Source: an uncultured Rubrivivax sp. (GTDB lineage: Bacteria; Pseudomonadota; Gammaproteobacteria; Burkholderiales; Burkholderiaceae_C). From it: a DNA stretch of 50,391 nucleotides. A model generated the notes under the pieces. It saw nothing but the letters and a program-made list of their open reading frames with translations. It searched no databases and was not told the origin of the DNA. Positions 20,136-29,106 of the stretch are shown here, one piece after another. Positions within the stretch are counted from its first letter, which is position 1, and the number at the start of each line of letters is the position of its first letter. Location: contig CAYTWU010000001.1 of the NCBI GenBank assembly GCA_964442175.1, positions 1 to 50,391 on the forward strand, written 5' to 3'. The translations under genes were made by a program, and so were the position numbers.

Positions 20136-21173
20136 GTGCTGCAGATCCATCGCCTGAAACCGGGCGACGCGGCCGTCGCGTCGCGCTGGGACAACTTTGT
20201 CTTCGCTTGCCCTGAAGCCACCTTCTTCCACCGCGCCGGCTGGCAGCAGGTGATGGTGGAGGTCTTCGGCCACGCCACGCACTACCTCTACGCCGAACGG
20301 GATGGCGCCATCGTCGGCGTGCTGCCGCTGGCGCAGGTGAAGAGCATGCTCTTTGGCCACGCGTTGGTGAGCCTGCCGTTTGCGGTGTACGCCGGCGTGG
20401 CCGCCTCGGACGAAGAAGCGGCACGGGCACTGGAAGCCGAGGCCGAGCGCATCGCCCAGCAGCTGGGCGCGCAGCACCTGGAGTTTCGCCAGCTGCAGCG
20501 CCAGCACGAAAGCTGGCCACGGCAAGAGCTGTACGTCACCTTCCGCAAGGAGATCCTGCCCGAGGAAGAGGCCAACATGCTGGCCATCCCGCGCAAACAG
20601 CGCGCGATGGTGCGCAAGGGCATCAAGAACGGTCTCGTCGCCACCTTCGACCCGGATGTCGAGCGCTTTTTTGCCCTCTACGCCGACAACGTGCACCGGC
20701 ACGGCACGCCGGCCCTGCCGAAGCGCTACTTCCAGACCCTGCGCCGACTGTTCGGCGACGACTGCAGCGTGCTCACCGTCACCACGGCCGAGGGCCAGCT
20801 GCTGTCCACGGTGCTGAGCTTCTACTTCCGCGACGAGATCCTGCCGTACTACGCCGGTGACGACGAGGCCGCGCGCGACCTGGCCGCCAACGACTTCAAG
20901 TACTGGGAGCTGATGCGCCATGCCTGTGCGCGCGGTCTGAAGACCTTCGACTACGGCCGCAGCAAGATTGGCACCGGCCCGTACAGCTTCAAGAAGAACT
21001 GGGGCTTCGAGCCGCAGCCGCTGCACTACGAGTACCGCCTGTACAAACGCGACGCCGTGCCGCAGAACAACCCGGCCAACGCCAAGTACAAGCTGATGAT
21101 CGAGACCTGGCGCAAGCTGCCGCTGCCGGTGGCCAACTGGCTGGGCCCGTTTGTCGTGAAGAGCCTGGGGTAG
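20136..21173 (+). CDS. FemAB-family XrtA/PEP-CTERM-associated protein (TIGR03019-like)
   Basis: ATFFHRAGW, SLPFAVYAG, RKQRAMVRKG, FDYGRSK, FKKNWGF. Confidence 0.88.
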   Translation: MLQIHRLKPGDAAVASRWDNFVFACPEATFFHRAGWQQVMVEVFGHATHYLYAERDGAIVGVLPLAQVKSMLFGHALVSLPFAVYAGVAASDEEAARALEAEAERIAQQLGAQHLEFRQLQRQHESWPRQELYVTFRKEILPEEEANMLAIPRKQRAMVRKGIKNGLVATFDPDVERFFALYADNVHRHGTPALPKRYFQTLRRLFGDDCSVLTVTTAEGQLLSTVLSFYFRDEILPYYAGDDEAARDLAANDFKYWELMRHACARGLKTFDYGRSKIGTGPYSFKKNWGFEPQPLHYEYRLYKRDAVPQNNPANAKYKLMIETWRKLPLPVANWLGPFVVKSLG

Positions 21174-21179
21174 GGCGCG

Positions 21180-22327
21180 GTGGCACGCGTCCTGTACCTG
21201 GTCCACCGCATCCCGTACCCGCCCAACAAGGGCGACAAGGTGCGCTCCTATCACCTGCTGCGCCACCTGGCCGAGCGCCACGAGGTGCTGCTGGGCACCT
21301 TTGTCGACGACCCCGATGACCTGCAGCATGTGTCGACGCTGAAGCGCTGGTGCACCGAGGTGAAGGCCGTGCCGCTGCAGCCGCTGCGTGCGCGCCTGGC
21401 CAGCTTGACGGGGCTGCTGCGTGGCGAACCTCTGACCCTGGCCTACTACCGCGATGCCGAGATGCAGGCCTGGGTGCAGGGCCTGCGTGACCGCGGCGAC
21501 ATCGACGCCGTGGTCGTGTTCTCGTCGTCCATGGTGCCCTACAGCACGGGCTTCGGCGCGCCGGTGCTGGTGGACTTCGTCGACGTCGATTCCGCCAAAT
21601 GGGCCGAGTACGCCCGCAACCGGCCCTGGCCGCTGTCGTGGCTGTATGCGCGCGAAGGCCGCACGCTGCTGGCCTACGAGCAGGCGGTGGCGCAGGCCAC
21701 GGCCCGGTCCTTCCTGGTCACGCAGCAGGAGGTCGACCTGTTCGAGCGGCTGGCCCCGGCGGTTGCCGGCCGTGTACAGGCTGTGGGCAACGGCGTGGAT
21801 GCCGAGTTCTTTGCCCCCGATCCCACGCTGCCCTCGCCGTTTGCAGCCGACGAGCTGCCCATCGTCTTCACCGGCGCCATGGATTACTGGCCCAACGTGG
21901 ACGCCGTCAACTGGTTCGTGGCCGAGATGCTGCCGGTGCTGCGCCAGCGCTGGCCAGCGCTGCGCTTCCACATCGTCGGCCGCAGCCCTGCGCCCGCAGT
22001 GAAGGCGCTGGCCGGCCCGCAGGTCAACGTCACCGGCACGGTGCCCGATGTGCGGCCTTACCTGCAGCATGCCGCGGTCATTGCACGCCCGGTGGTGGCG
22101 GCCCGCCGCTGCGCCTCTGTGCTGGCGCGGTCCCCGGCTAGCACTTGGCCGCCGCCGAGACACCGGCCGACTACGTGAACGAAGTCGCGCGCCTGCTCTC
22201 CGAGCCTGCTGCAGCGCAGCAGATGGGGGCTGCCGCGCGGGCCTGCGTGCTGCAGCATTACGCTTGGTCGGCCCGCTTGGGCGGACTGGACCCTTACCTG
22301 CCCCCACCCCCACCGCATGCCCACTGA
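21180..22327 (+). pseudogene. Disrupted TIGR03087-type (stp1) GT4 glycosyltransferase
   Basis: N-terminus HRIPYPPNKGDK is intact. About 20 codons are deleted near 22082, there is a frameshift near 22125, and an in-frame TAG at 22139-22141 in the frame that carries the normal C-terminus (..VARLL..YAW) to 22327. Confidence 0.85.
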
Positions 22328-23849
22328 CAACCAACGCCCCTGGCACCGCCTGGTGCCCACGCTGGCGCTGATCGCCCTGTTGCTGCTGCTGTTCCGCGAC
22401 ACCGTAGCGGCCATGGTGGCTATCTGGTGGCGGTCGGAGACCTTCACGCACGCCTTCCTGGTGTCGCCCATTGTGGTCTGGCTGGTCTGGCGGCAGCGCC
22501 ACCTGCTGGCCACCGTGCCCGACAAGCCGGTGCCGGCCTTGCTGCTGCTGGTGGCCGGTGCCTGTTTCCTGTGGCTGCTGGGTGAGTTGGCCACGGTCGG
22601 CGCGGCGTCGCAGTTTGCGCTGGTCGCGCTGATCGTGCTCAGCGTCGTGGCGGTGCACGGCTGGGCCGTGGCGCGGGCCATCACCTTCCCGTTGGCCTTT
22701 TTGTTCTTCGCGGTGCCGCTGGGCGAGTTCCTGGTGCCTTCGCTGATGGAAGGCACGGCGGACTTCACCGTGCTGGCGGTGCGCGCGTCGGGCATCCCGG
22801 TCTACCGCGAAGGCCTGCAGTTCGTGATCCCGTCGGGCAGCTGGTCGGTGGTGGAGGCCTGCAGCGGCGTGCGCTACCTGATCGCGTCCTTCATGGTCGG
22901 CACCCTGTTTGCCTACCTGAACTACCGCAGCCTGGGGCGCCGGCTGGCCTTCGTGGCAGTGTCGCTGCTGGTGCCCATCATCGCCAACTGGCTGCGCGCC
23001 TACATGATCGTGATGATCGGCCACCTCAGCGGCAACGAACTCGCCACCGGCGTGGACCACCTGATCTACGGCTGGGTGTTCTTCGGCCTGGTGATCGGCC
23101 TGATGTTCATGGTCGGCGCGCGCTGGGCCGATGCCGGTGACCCGTCGGCGGCGGCAGACCTCGGCGCACCTGCCGCCGCGTCTGTCGGTCGGCTGGTGCC
23201 GGTGGCGGGCATGGCGGCGGCCCTGCTGCTGTTGACCCATGGCAGCCTGTGGTGGCTGGACCGTGACCAGCGCGGCACGCCGCCGGCACCCAGCCTGCAG
23301 TTGACCAGCGGCAGCGCCTGGTTGGCCACCGACGGTCCGCCTCTGCCCTGGGTGCCCGGTTTTGCCAACCCCAGCGTGTCGACCGTGCAGGCCTTCCGCC
23401 AGGGTGAACGTGTCGCCTGGGTCTGGGTGGGCCACTTCCGCCAGCAAGGGGATGACCGCAAGCTGGTGTCCTCGGTCAACGGCTTGGTCGGTACCGAGCA
23501 GAAGCTCTGGTCGCAGGCCAGCAGTGGCACGACGCGCATCCATGCCGGCGGCACACCGGTGGCTCTGCGCACCGGTGAGCTGCGCCGCGGTGTGGTGCTG
23601 GACAGCGGGGCCTCGCAGCGGGTGCAGGCCTGGATGGTCTACCGCGTGGGCAAGCGCTGGACGACCAGCGATGCCGTGGCCAAGGTGCTGCAGGCCTTGC
23701 AACGCCTAGCCGGGCAGGGCGACGACGGCAGTGTGCTGCTGCTGGCCACGCCTGCTGGCCCGCAGGCCGACGCCGATTTGGTTGCCTTGGCAAAGGAAAG
23801 CCTCCCCCTGCTGGCCAGCAGGCTGGATGAGCTGCGCGCCGCGCCCTGA
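22317..23849 (+). CDS. xrtA: Exosortase A (EpsH transpeptidase domain plus EpsI-like C-terminal domain)
   Basis: Multi-TM; catalytic Cys (VVEACSG), Arg (ANWLRA), His (DHLIYGW); soluble C-terminal domain with KLVSSVN. Confidence 0.92.
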   Translation: MPTDNQRPWHRLVPTLALIALLLLLFRDTVAAMVAIWWRSETFTHAFLVSPIVVWLVWRQRHLLATVPDKPVPALLLLVAGACFLWLLGELATVGAASQFALVALIVLSVVAVHGWAVARAITFPLAFLFFAVPLGEFLVPSLMEGTADFTVLAVRASGIPVYREGLQFVIPSGSWSVVEACSGVRYLIASFMVGTLFAYLNYRSLGRRLAFVAVSLLVPIIANWLRAYMIVMIGHLSGNELATGVDHLIYGWVFFGLVIGLMFMVGARWADAGDPSAAADLGAPAAASVGRLVPVAGMAAALLLLTHGSLWWLDRDQRGTPPAPSLQLTSGSAWLATDGPPLPWVPGFANPSVSTVQAFRQGERVAWVWVGHFRQQGDDRKLVSSVNGLVGTEQKLWSQASSGTTRIHAGGTPVALRTGELRRGVVLDSGASQRVQAWMVYRVGKRWTTSDAVAKVLQALQRLAGQGDDGSVLLLATPAGPQADADLVALAKESLPLLASRLDELRAAP

Positions 23850-24042
23850 CACCAATCGATCGCGGGCGCCACACATCCAAACCGCGGCCGGTCTGGTGGG
23901 GACACCAGCAGTTCCGACACGGCGCGGTCATATTGCACCAACCGAACTCACCGCGCGGCCATGCCTTGCCCGCCACAGGGCTCACTCACTGCCAAAGACC
24001 CCAGGCGTCGGGCGCTGCTCCCACGGCCCGACTCAGCGCCAC

Positions 24043-24375
24043 GTAAGCGCAGTCTCACCACCCTCTACCCATCGAATAGGACCAGGCGGCATGCTCGCGT
24101 GAACAAGCACGCTGCGATGGTGTGCATCAAGACCGATCATGCACACCATGTCCGCAGCAGCGCAGTCCGTATCCAGGCCCCCCCGGCGTCATGAGCTTGA
24201 TCCACTCGGCAAAGCTCAACGGGCTTGACCCCTGCGCCTACATGCGTGAGGTCCTTGCGCGGCTGCCGACCCAACAGGCCAGCAGGATCGACGAGTTGCT
24301 GCCGCATCGTTGGCAGCCGACCTCCTTGGCCTGACCTCGCTGCCCATCGTCAAGATGGGCTCGCCAGACGCTTAC
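24043..24375 (+). mobile_element. Internally deleted IS66-family element (333 bp), both ends retained
   Basis: Starts GTAAGCG and ends CGCTTAC. Contains an 11-bp inverted repeat (24117-24127/24139-24149), a tnpA-like start (MHTMS..RPPRRH), then a TnpC C-terminus (MSLIHSAKLNGLDP.AY...IDELLP, 24191-24334). Confidence 0.75.
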
Positions 24376-24564
24376 CCAGTGGTTGCACGGCGTGCTGACG
24401 AAGGTCTCCATCAAGTCGGACTTGGCCAAGGCGGTGCGCAACAGCCTGGTGCGCTGGCCAACTACCTGTTCATGGGCTCGGACGAGGGTGTCGAGCGCGC
24501 AGCTGGCCTGTACAGCCTGGTGGTGGAGACGGCCAAGCTCAATGGGCTGGACCCCGAGGCCTAG
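24376..24564 (+). mobile_element. Second, degraded IS66 tnpC fragment
   Basis: WLHGVLTKVSIKSDLAKAVRNSLVRW, then in another frame NYLFMGSDEG.ERAAGLYSL..ETAKLNGLDPEA*; both are IS66 transposase motifs, with the intervening part missing. Confidence 0.75.
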
Positions 24565-24600
24565 CGGCAGAGAGAATCAAGCTTAAGCTCAGGCTCAGGC

Positions 24601-25791
24601 TCAGGCCTGCAAGGCTTGGTCCAGCAAACCGAAGGCATACGCCCAGGAATACTGATCAATGACGTACTGCCGTGCTTCTGGGAAGTGAGGTTCGCGGCGC
24701 AAAGCCTGGCCCACGGCGGCGGCCATGGCCGCAGGTTCGTCGTGGGTGTCGCGAGCAACGAATGCGGCCGGCAGCAGCCCATTGGCCGCGGCGCTGGTCA
24801 TCACTACTGCACGACACATGGCATAGGCTTCGAGAACCTTGTTCTGCGTGCCACGGGCCACACGCAAGGGTGCCACCACGGCACCGGCATGAGCCAGGTA
24901 GGGGCGCACGTCGGGCACTCGTCCAGTGACATGGACACCCGGGATGTTCTCCAAGGCCTTGAGTTCCCCACTGGGCTTGCTGCCTACGATCCAGAACTCG
25001 GACTGCGGTTGGGTTTGCTTCACCAGGCCGAAGACCTCCTTTGCGAACCACGTGACCGCATCAGCGTTGGGCCAGTAGTCCATAGCGCCGGTGAAAACTA
25101 TTGCCTGGGCTTCAGGGGCATAAGGGCGTTCAAAGTGGTGCTCGGGCGCGAAGTAGCCAGTGTCAACACCGTTCGGAATGACACGTACTTTGTCGGCACT
25201 CTCGGGCGCCAGTTGCCGGTACAGCGCTGCATCGGCGTCGCTGACGAAACTGGTGATGTCGTACTGGGTCGACATGCGGCGTTCCAGCGCCAGCACAGTG
25301 CTGGCCTCGCGGCCATACACCCAAGACATGGGCCACTCTTTTGTAGCTGCGTAGGTCCTCCACTTCTCGGAGTCGACGTCGGCGTAGTGGGTCACCCGCC
25401 GCAAGGCCGCGTGGCGCTTGCCCGCCACATAGGGCGCCATGGCACTGCAATAGGCCAGTGCAGTGCCTATACGGTGTTGCCTTACAACGCCGTCAACCCA
25501 GTTCTGCAACTCGCCGTTGCGGTGGTAGACCTCGGAAATGGATGCGCCTTGCAAGAAGGCCAAGGTGCTGAAGGCGCGCTGGCGTAACGGGTCGATGCGG
25601 ATCAATTTGCTGCTGGCGCAGTAGCACTTCAGCTCATCGGCTTGTGCCCAATCTGCTTCGCTATCGACAAAGGCACCCAGGTGTACCGAGTGCTTGGTGG
25701 CCAGATGGCGCAGGAAGTTGAACGTTGTGATTTTATCGCCCTTGTCCGGCGGGAAGGGCATACGGTGCGTGAGGTATAGGATGTGGGCCAT
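24601..25791 (-). CDS. Intact TIGR03087-type GT4 glycosyltransferase paralog, 396 aa
   Basis: MAHILYLTHRMPFPPDKGDK, DVDSEKW, FTGAMDYWPN, APLRVARGTQNKVLEA; start ATG25791 has a TGATG overlap with gmhB. Confidence 0.88.
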   Translation of the reverse strand: MAHILYLTHRMPFPPDKGDKITTFNFLRHLATKHSVHLGAFVDSEADWAQADELKCYCASSKLIRIDPLRQRAFSTLAFLQGASISEVYHRNGELQNWVDGVVRQHRIGTALAYCSAMAPYVAGKRHAALRRVTHYADVDSEKWRTYAATKEWPMSWVYGREASTVLALERRMSTQYDITSFVSDADAALYRQLAPESADKVRVIPNGVDTGYFAPEHHFERPYAPEAQAIVFTGAMDYWPNADAVTWFAKEVFGLVKQTQPQSEFWIVGSKPSGELKALENIPGVHVTGRVPDVRPYLAHAGAVVAPLRVARGTQNKVLEAYAMCRAVVMTSAAANGLLPAAFVARDTHDEPAAMAAAVGQALRREPHFPEARQYVIDQYSWAYAFGLLDQALQA

Positions 25792-26369
25792 CAACGCATC
25801 CGTTCGGGTTCGGTTCGGCTCAAGGTCACATCGACCGCGCAGAGTTGGTGGGCAATGCAATTTGCCCGGGTCACAGGAGGTGAACCGGCATCAGCGTGCA
25901 AGAGTACCGTCCATCCCAACCCGGCGGCGCGACCAGCCTCGATGTCGCTCTCCGTGTCTCCCACCAATAGCGATGCTGCCAGGTCCAGGCCCAGCTCCTG
26001 GGCCGCCAGCAGCAGCATCCCCGGACCGGGTTTGCGCATGAGGGTGTCGCGCCTGTATATCCCAAGGCCGTGTTTCGGGTGGTCGGGGCAGAAGTACACG
26101 CGGTCTATGGGAGCGCCGCGTTCTGCGAAAACGCCCTGCATCCAGGCCGTATAGGCCAGGAACTGGGCTTCGGTGTAATAGCCGCGCCCAATGCCGGCCT
26201 GGTTGGTCACTACCACGACGACCCGGCCGGCCGCGCGGGCGCGGGCGACAAGTTCGAAGATGCCGTCGATGAACTCGGTGGCTTCGGCTGTGTGCACATA
26301 CCCGTGGTTGACGTTGATGACGCCGTCGCGGTCCAAAAATAGGGCAGGCCGCAGACCGGAGTTGTTCAT
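25791..26369 (-). CDS. gmhB: D-glycero-D-manno-heptose 1,7-bisphosphate phosphatase
   Basis: FLDRDGVIN, VTNQAGIGRG, CPDHP, RKPGPGM, VGD..SD. Confidence 0.88.
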   Translation of the reverse strand: MNNSGLRPALFLDRDGVINVNHGYVHTAEATEFIDGIFELVARARAAGRVVVVVTNQAGIGRGYYTEAQFLAYTAWMQGVFAERGAPIDRVYFCPDHPKHGLGIYRRDTLMRKPGPGMLLLAAQELGLDLAASLLVGDTESDIEAGRAAGLGWTVLLHADAGSPPVTRANCIAHQLCAVDVTLSRTEPERMR

Positions 26370-26384
26370 ACCGTTGCGCGTCGC

Positions 26385-27086
26385 TCAGATTGCGTTCAGG
26401 CTGGCCGGAATGGCCACCTGAGCGCGGTCGTAGTCCTCGGGCACGCCGATGTCTATGAAGGGCGCGTCGGTCACGGTTCCCAGCAGTGCCAGGTCGCTCA
26501 GGTGAGCACGGAAGTGGTCGTTTTCCAACGAGAAGCTCTCGGGGAAGCCGTAGGGGCTGAAACTGGCACGGTGCAGCCAGTAGATGCCGGCATTGATCAG
26601 CCCAGGGCCGCTGCCGCTCTTTTCACCAAAGCGCACGATGCGCTCACCGTCCAGCTCCACACTACCGTAGCGCGCGACGTCATCTACCCGCCGCAGCAGC
26701 ACGGCGTCGGCCGGTGTGCGGGCGCAGGCCCAGGCCACGAAGGCTGCTAGGTCCTGGTTCAGCCAAGTGTCGCCGTTCATTACCAGAGTGGGCGCTTCGG
26801 GCAAGGTCAGCAAGGCCCGCCGCACGGCGCCGCCAGTGCCCAGTGGCGTGGTTTCCTGCGAATAGAGCACCGTCATGCCCCGGTAGGCCGTGCCGAAGTG
26901 CTGCTCGATGATCTCATGCAGGTAGCCAGTGGCCAGCACCACCTGCTGGCAACCGGCGACCACCAGGCGGTCCAGCAGGTACTCCAAAAATGGGCGCCCA
27001 GCAATGGGGGCCATGGACTTGGGCACGTCGCTTACGCGGGAGCGCAGCCGTGTACCGAAGCCGCCTGCAAGTACGAGGGCTTGCAC
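26385..27086 (-). CDS. hddC: D-glycero-alpha-D-manno-heptose 1-phosphate guanylyltransferase
   Basis: LAGGFGTRL..VPK.MAPI.GRPFL, LGTGG, NGDT, INAGIY, FIDIG.PEDY; lies between gmhA and gmhB. Confidence 0.8.
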   Translation of the reverse strand: MQALVLAGGFGTRLRSRVSDVPKSMAPIAGRPFLEYLLDRLVVAGCQQVVLATGYLHEIIEQHFGTAYRGMTVLYSQETTPLGTGGAVRRALLTLPEAPTLVMNGDTWLNQDLAAFVAWACARTPADAVLLRRVDDVARYGSVELDGERIVRFGEKSGSGPGLINAGIYWLHRASFSPYGFPESFSLENDHFRAHLSDLALLGTVTDAPFIDIGVPEDYDRAQVAIPASLNAI

Positions 27087-27090
27087 GAAC

Positions 27091-27720
27091 TCAGCCTACC
27101 CTGGTCGCTTCTGCTGGGTAAATCCACAATTCGACCAAGCCGCACAGGGCATGGCCGCACACGATGTGGCCTTCCTGGATTTTGGGCGTGGACGCCGAGG
27201 GGATACGAATGCAGTAGTCGACGTGCTGCTCAATGACCTCGCGCTGGTTGCCGGTCATGCCCACCGTGACCATGCCCAGCTGCCGGGCGGCCGCCAGAGC
27301 CAACAGCACGTTCTTGCTGCGGCCTGAGGTGCTGATGCCGATCAGCACGTCGCCTGGGCGGCCCAGGCCCAGCACTTGGCGTTCGAAAACCTTCTCGTAG
27401 CCATAGTCGTTGCCGATGGCCGTGAGCACGCTGGTGTCGGTGGTCAGCGCAATGCCGGCTAGAGGCGCACGGTCGTAGTTGAAGCGGCTGACGAATTCGC
27501 CGGCTAAGTGCTGCGCATCGGCGGCGCTGCCGCCGTTGCCGCAAAAGAGTACCTTGCTGCCGTTGCGCAGGGCCTTCACACAGGCCAACGCCACACCGCT
27601 GACTGTCGCCTGCAGTTCGGCATCTGCCGACATTTTGCTCAGATTGTCAGTGGCGCGATCAATCTCGCCCTTCACAGCGCAGGCGCCGGCATCGATACTC
27701 TCGTTCAGGATCTGGTTCAC
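27091..27720 (-). CDS. gmhA: Sedoheptulose 7-phosphate isomerase
   Basis: CGNGGSAADAQH, TAIGNDYGY..VF.RQ, ISTSG.S.NV, IQEGH; start GTG27720 has a GTGA overlap with hddA. Confidence 0.92.
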   Translation of the reverse strand: MNQILNESIDAGACAVKGEIDRATDNLSKMSADAELQATVSGVALACVKALRNGSKVLFCGNGGSAADAQHLAGEFVSRFNYDRAPLAGIALTTDTSVLTAIGNDYGYEKVFERQVLGLGRPGDVLIGISTSGRSKNVLLALAAARQLGMVTVGMTGNQREVIEQHVDYCIRIPSASTPKIQEGHIVCGHALCGLVELWIYPAEATRVG

Positions 27721-28748
27721 AGTTTCCAACCTTCGGTTCCATGTTTGCTGAAATGGCAGCCGCCGGCTTGGCCGCCCAAGGCGGAAAGTGCGCGCAGCAC
27801 TTCCATGCGGCGCGGCGGGTCGACCAGGAAAAACATGAAGCCGCCACCGCCGGCGCCCGAGACCTTGCCGGCCACGGCGCCTGCCCTGCAAGCGATATCG
27901 TAGGTCTCGTCGATCTGTGGGTTGGATACCGCCTGTGCCAGACGCTTTTTCGATTCCCAGCCCGCCCGCATCGATTCAGCCATGGCGCCGAAGTCACCCC
28001 GCAGGATGGCTTCCTTCATGGCCACAGCTTCTTTCTTCAGGGCGAAGGAAGCGTCCATGCTTCCCTGCGACTTGGATTCGACGTTTTTCTTTTGTTCCAG
28101 AATGATGTTTGCCGAATGCCGGGACACCCCGGTGAAGTACAGAACGAGAGAGCTTTCCAGCTCAGTGAGTATCCAGTTTTTGATGCGCAGCGGGTTCACC
28201 ACCACGCGCTCGTCGGCATAGAACTCCATGAAGTTGAAGCCGCCGAATGTGGCTGAATACTGATCTTGCCGCCCTCCCGCCAAGCCGACGTCCACCCGCT
28301 CGATCTGATACGCCAGCCGCGCGATCTCGTACTCGCCCAAGGGAAGGTTCAGGTACTCCACGAAGGCCTTGATCATGGCCACCACCAAGGTCGACGAAGA
28401 ACCCAGCCCTGAGCCTGCTGGCGCTTCCGAAAAGGTCGTCAGCTTCAACGACAGTGGCTTGCCGCCCCAGTGTTCGGCCACGATGCGGTTGTAGACGGCC
28501 TTGTGCAGCAGCGGCTCGCCACTCAGGTCGATGTGGCTGGCTGAAGCGCCCGACCACGTCTGCTGCTGATCGGTCGCGCTGAACGCCAATTCGCCAGCCG
28601 GCAGCGGGTCGAGCATGGCGTATGCGTACTTGTCTATGGCGGCGTTGAGAACGAAGCCACCGTGCAGATCACAGAAAGGCGACACATCGGTGCCGCCGCC
28701 GGCTAGGCCGAGACGGAGGGGCGCGCGGGCGCGGACGGAGCCTTTCAT
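27717..28748 (-). CDS. hddA: D-glycero-alpha-D-manno-heptose 7-phosphate kinase (GHMP family)
   Basis: RAPLRLGLAGGGTD, PAGSGLGSSS, GGRQDQY, GKVSGAGGGGF; start ATG28748. Confidence 0.88.
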   Translation of the reverse strand: MKGSVRARAPLRLGLAGGGTDVSPFCDLHGGFVLNAAIDKYAYAMLDPLPAGELAFSATDQQQTWSGASASHIDLSGEPLLHKAVYNRIVAEHWGGKPLSLKLTTFSEAPAGSGLGSSSTLVVAMIKAFVEYLNLPLGEYEIARLAYQIERVDVGLAGGRQDQYSATFGGFNFMEFYADERVVVNPLRIKNWILTELESSLVLYFTGVSRHSANIILEQKKNVESKSQGSMDASFALKKEAVAMKEAILRGDFGAMAESMRAGWESKKRLAQAVSNPQIDETYDIACRAGAVAGKVSGAGGGGFMFFLVDPPRRMEVLRALSALGGQAGGCHFSKHGTEGWKL

Positions 28749-29106
28749 GGTCGTTGTTGGGGTCAATGCTGAGGACAGGTTGTGAGTGGCGGTGACGCTC
28801 GGGCACGCCAAGATGCACCTCGGTTTGCAGTTATAGCCCGTTGCTTCGGGCCACGATGACAAGCCACCTGTCGCGCGTGGCTTAGGTCACGCAAGTTGCC
28901 TGGGATGACCGCCAAGCCCTGGAGGTTGATGGGTCGTGGCAAAACTCAATCAGTTTGGCGATGCTGCTCAACATCCCGAGCACCGACATCAAGCGCTGGG
29001 CGCGTGTCATCTTGCACGCTCATTCTGCGGGCCCAATTCGGGGTGCTGCCTAGAATGCGTTTTGGTTTGCTGGACCTGTCACTGCAATTGCGACCTTCAC
29101 CTGACC

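Noticed and set aside
20007..23702. 1231-aa minus-strand ORF and other long antisense ORFs (e.g. 3418-5175, 7625-9289, 13290-14993)
   Set aside because: They are shadow frames of well-supported genes in high-GC DNA, with no recognisable motifs.
24587..24604. GCTCAG x3 tandem repeat
   Set aside because: Too short to be significant; it lies at a gene end with no evident function.
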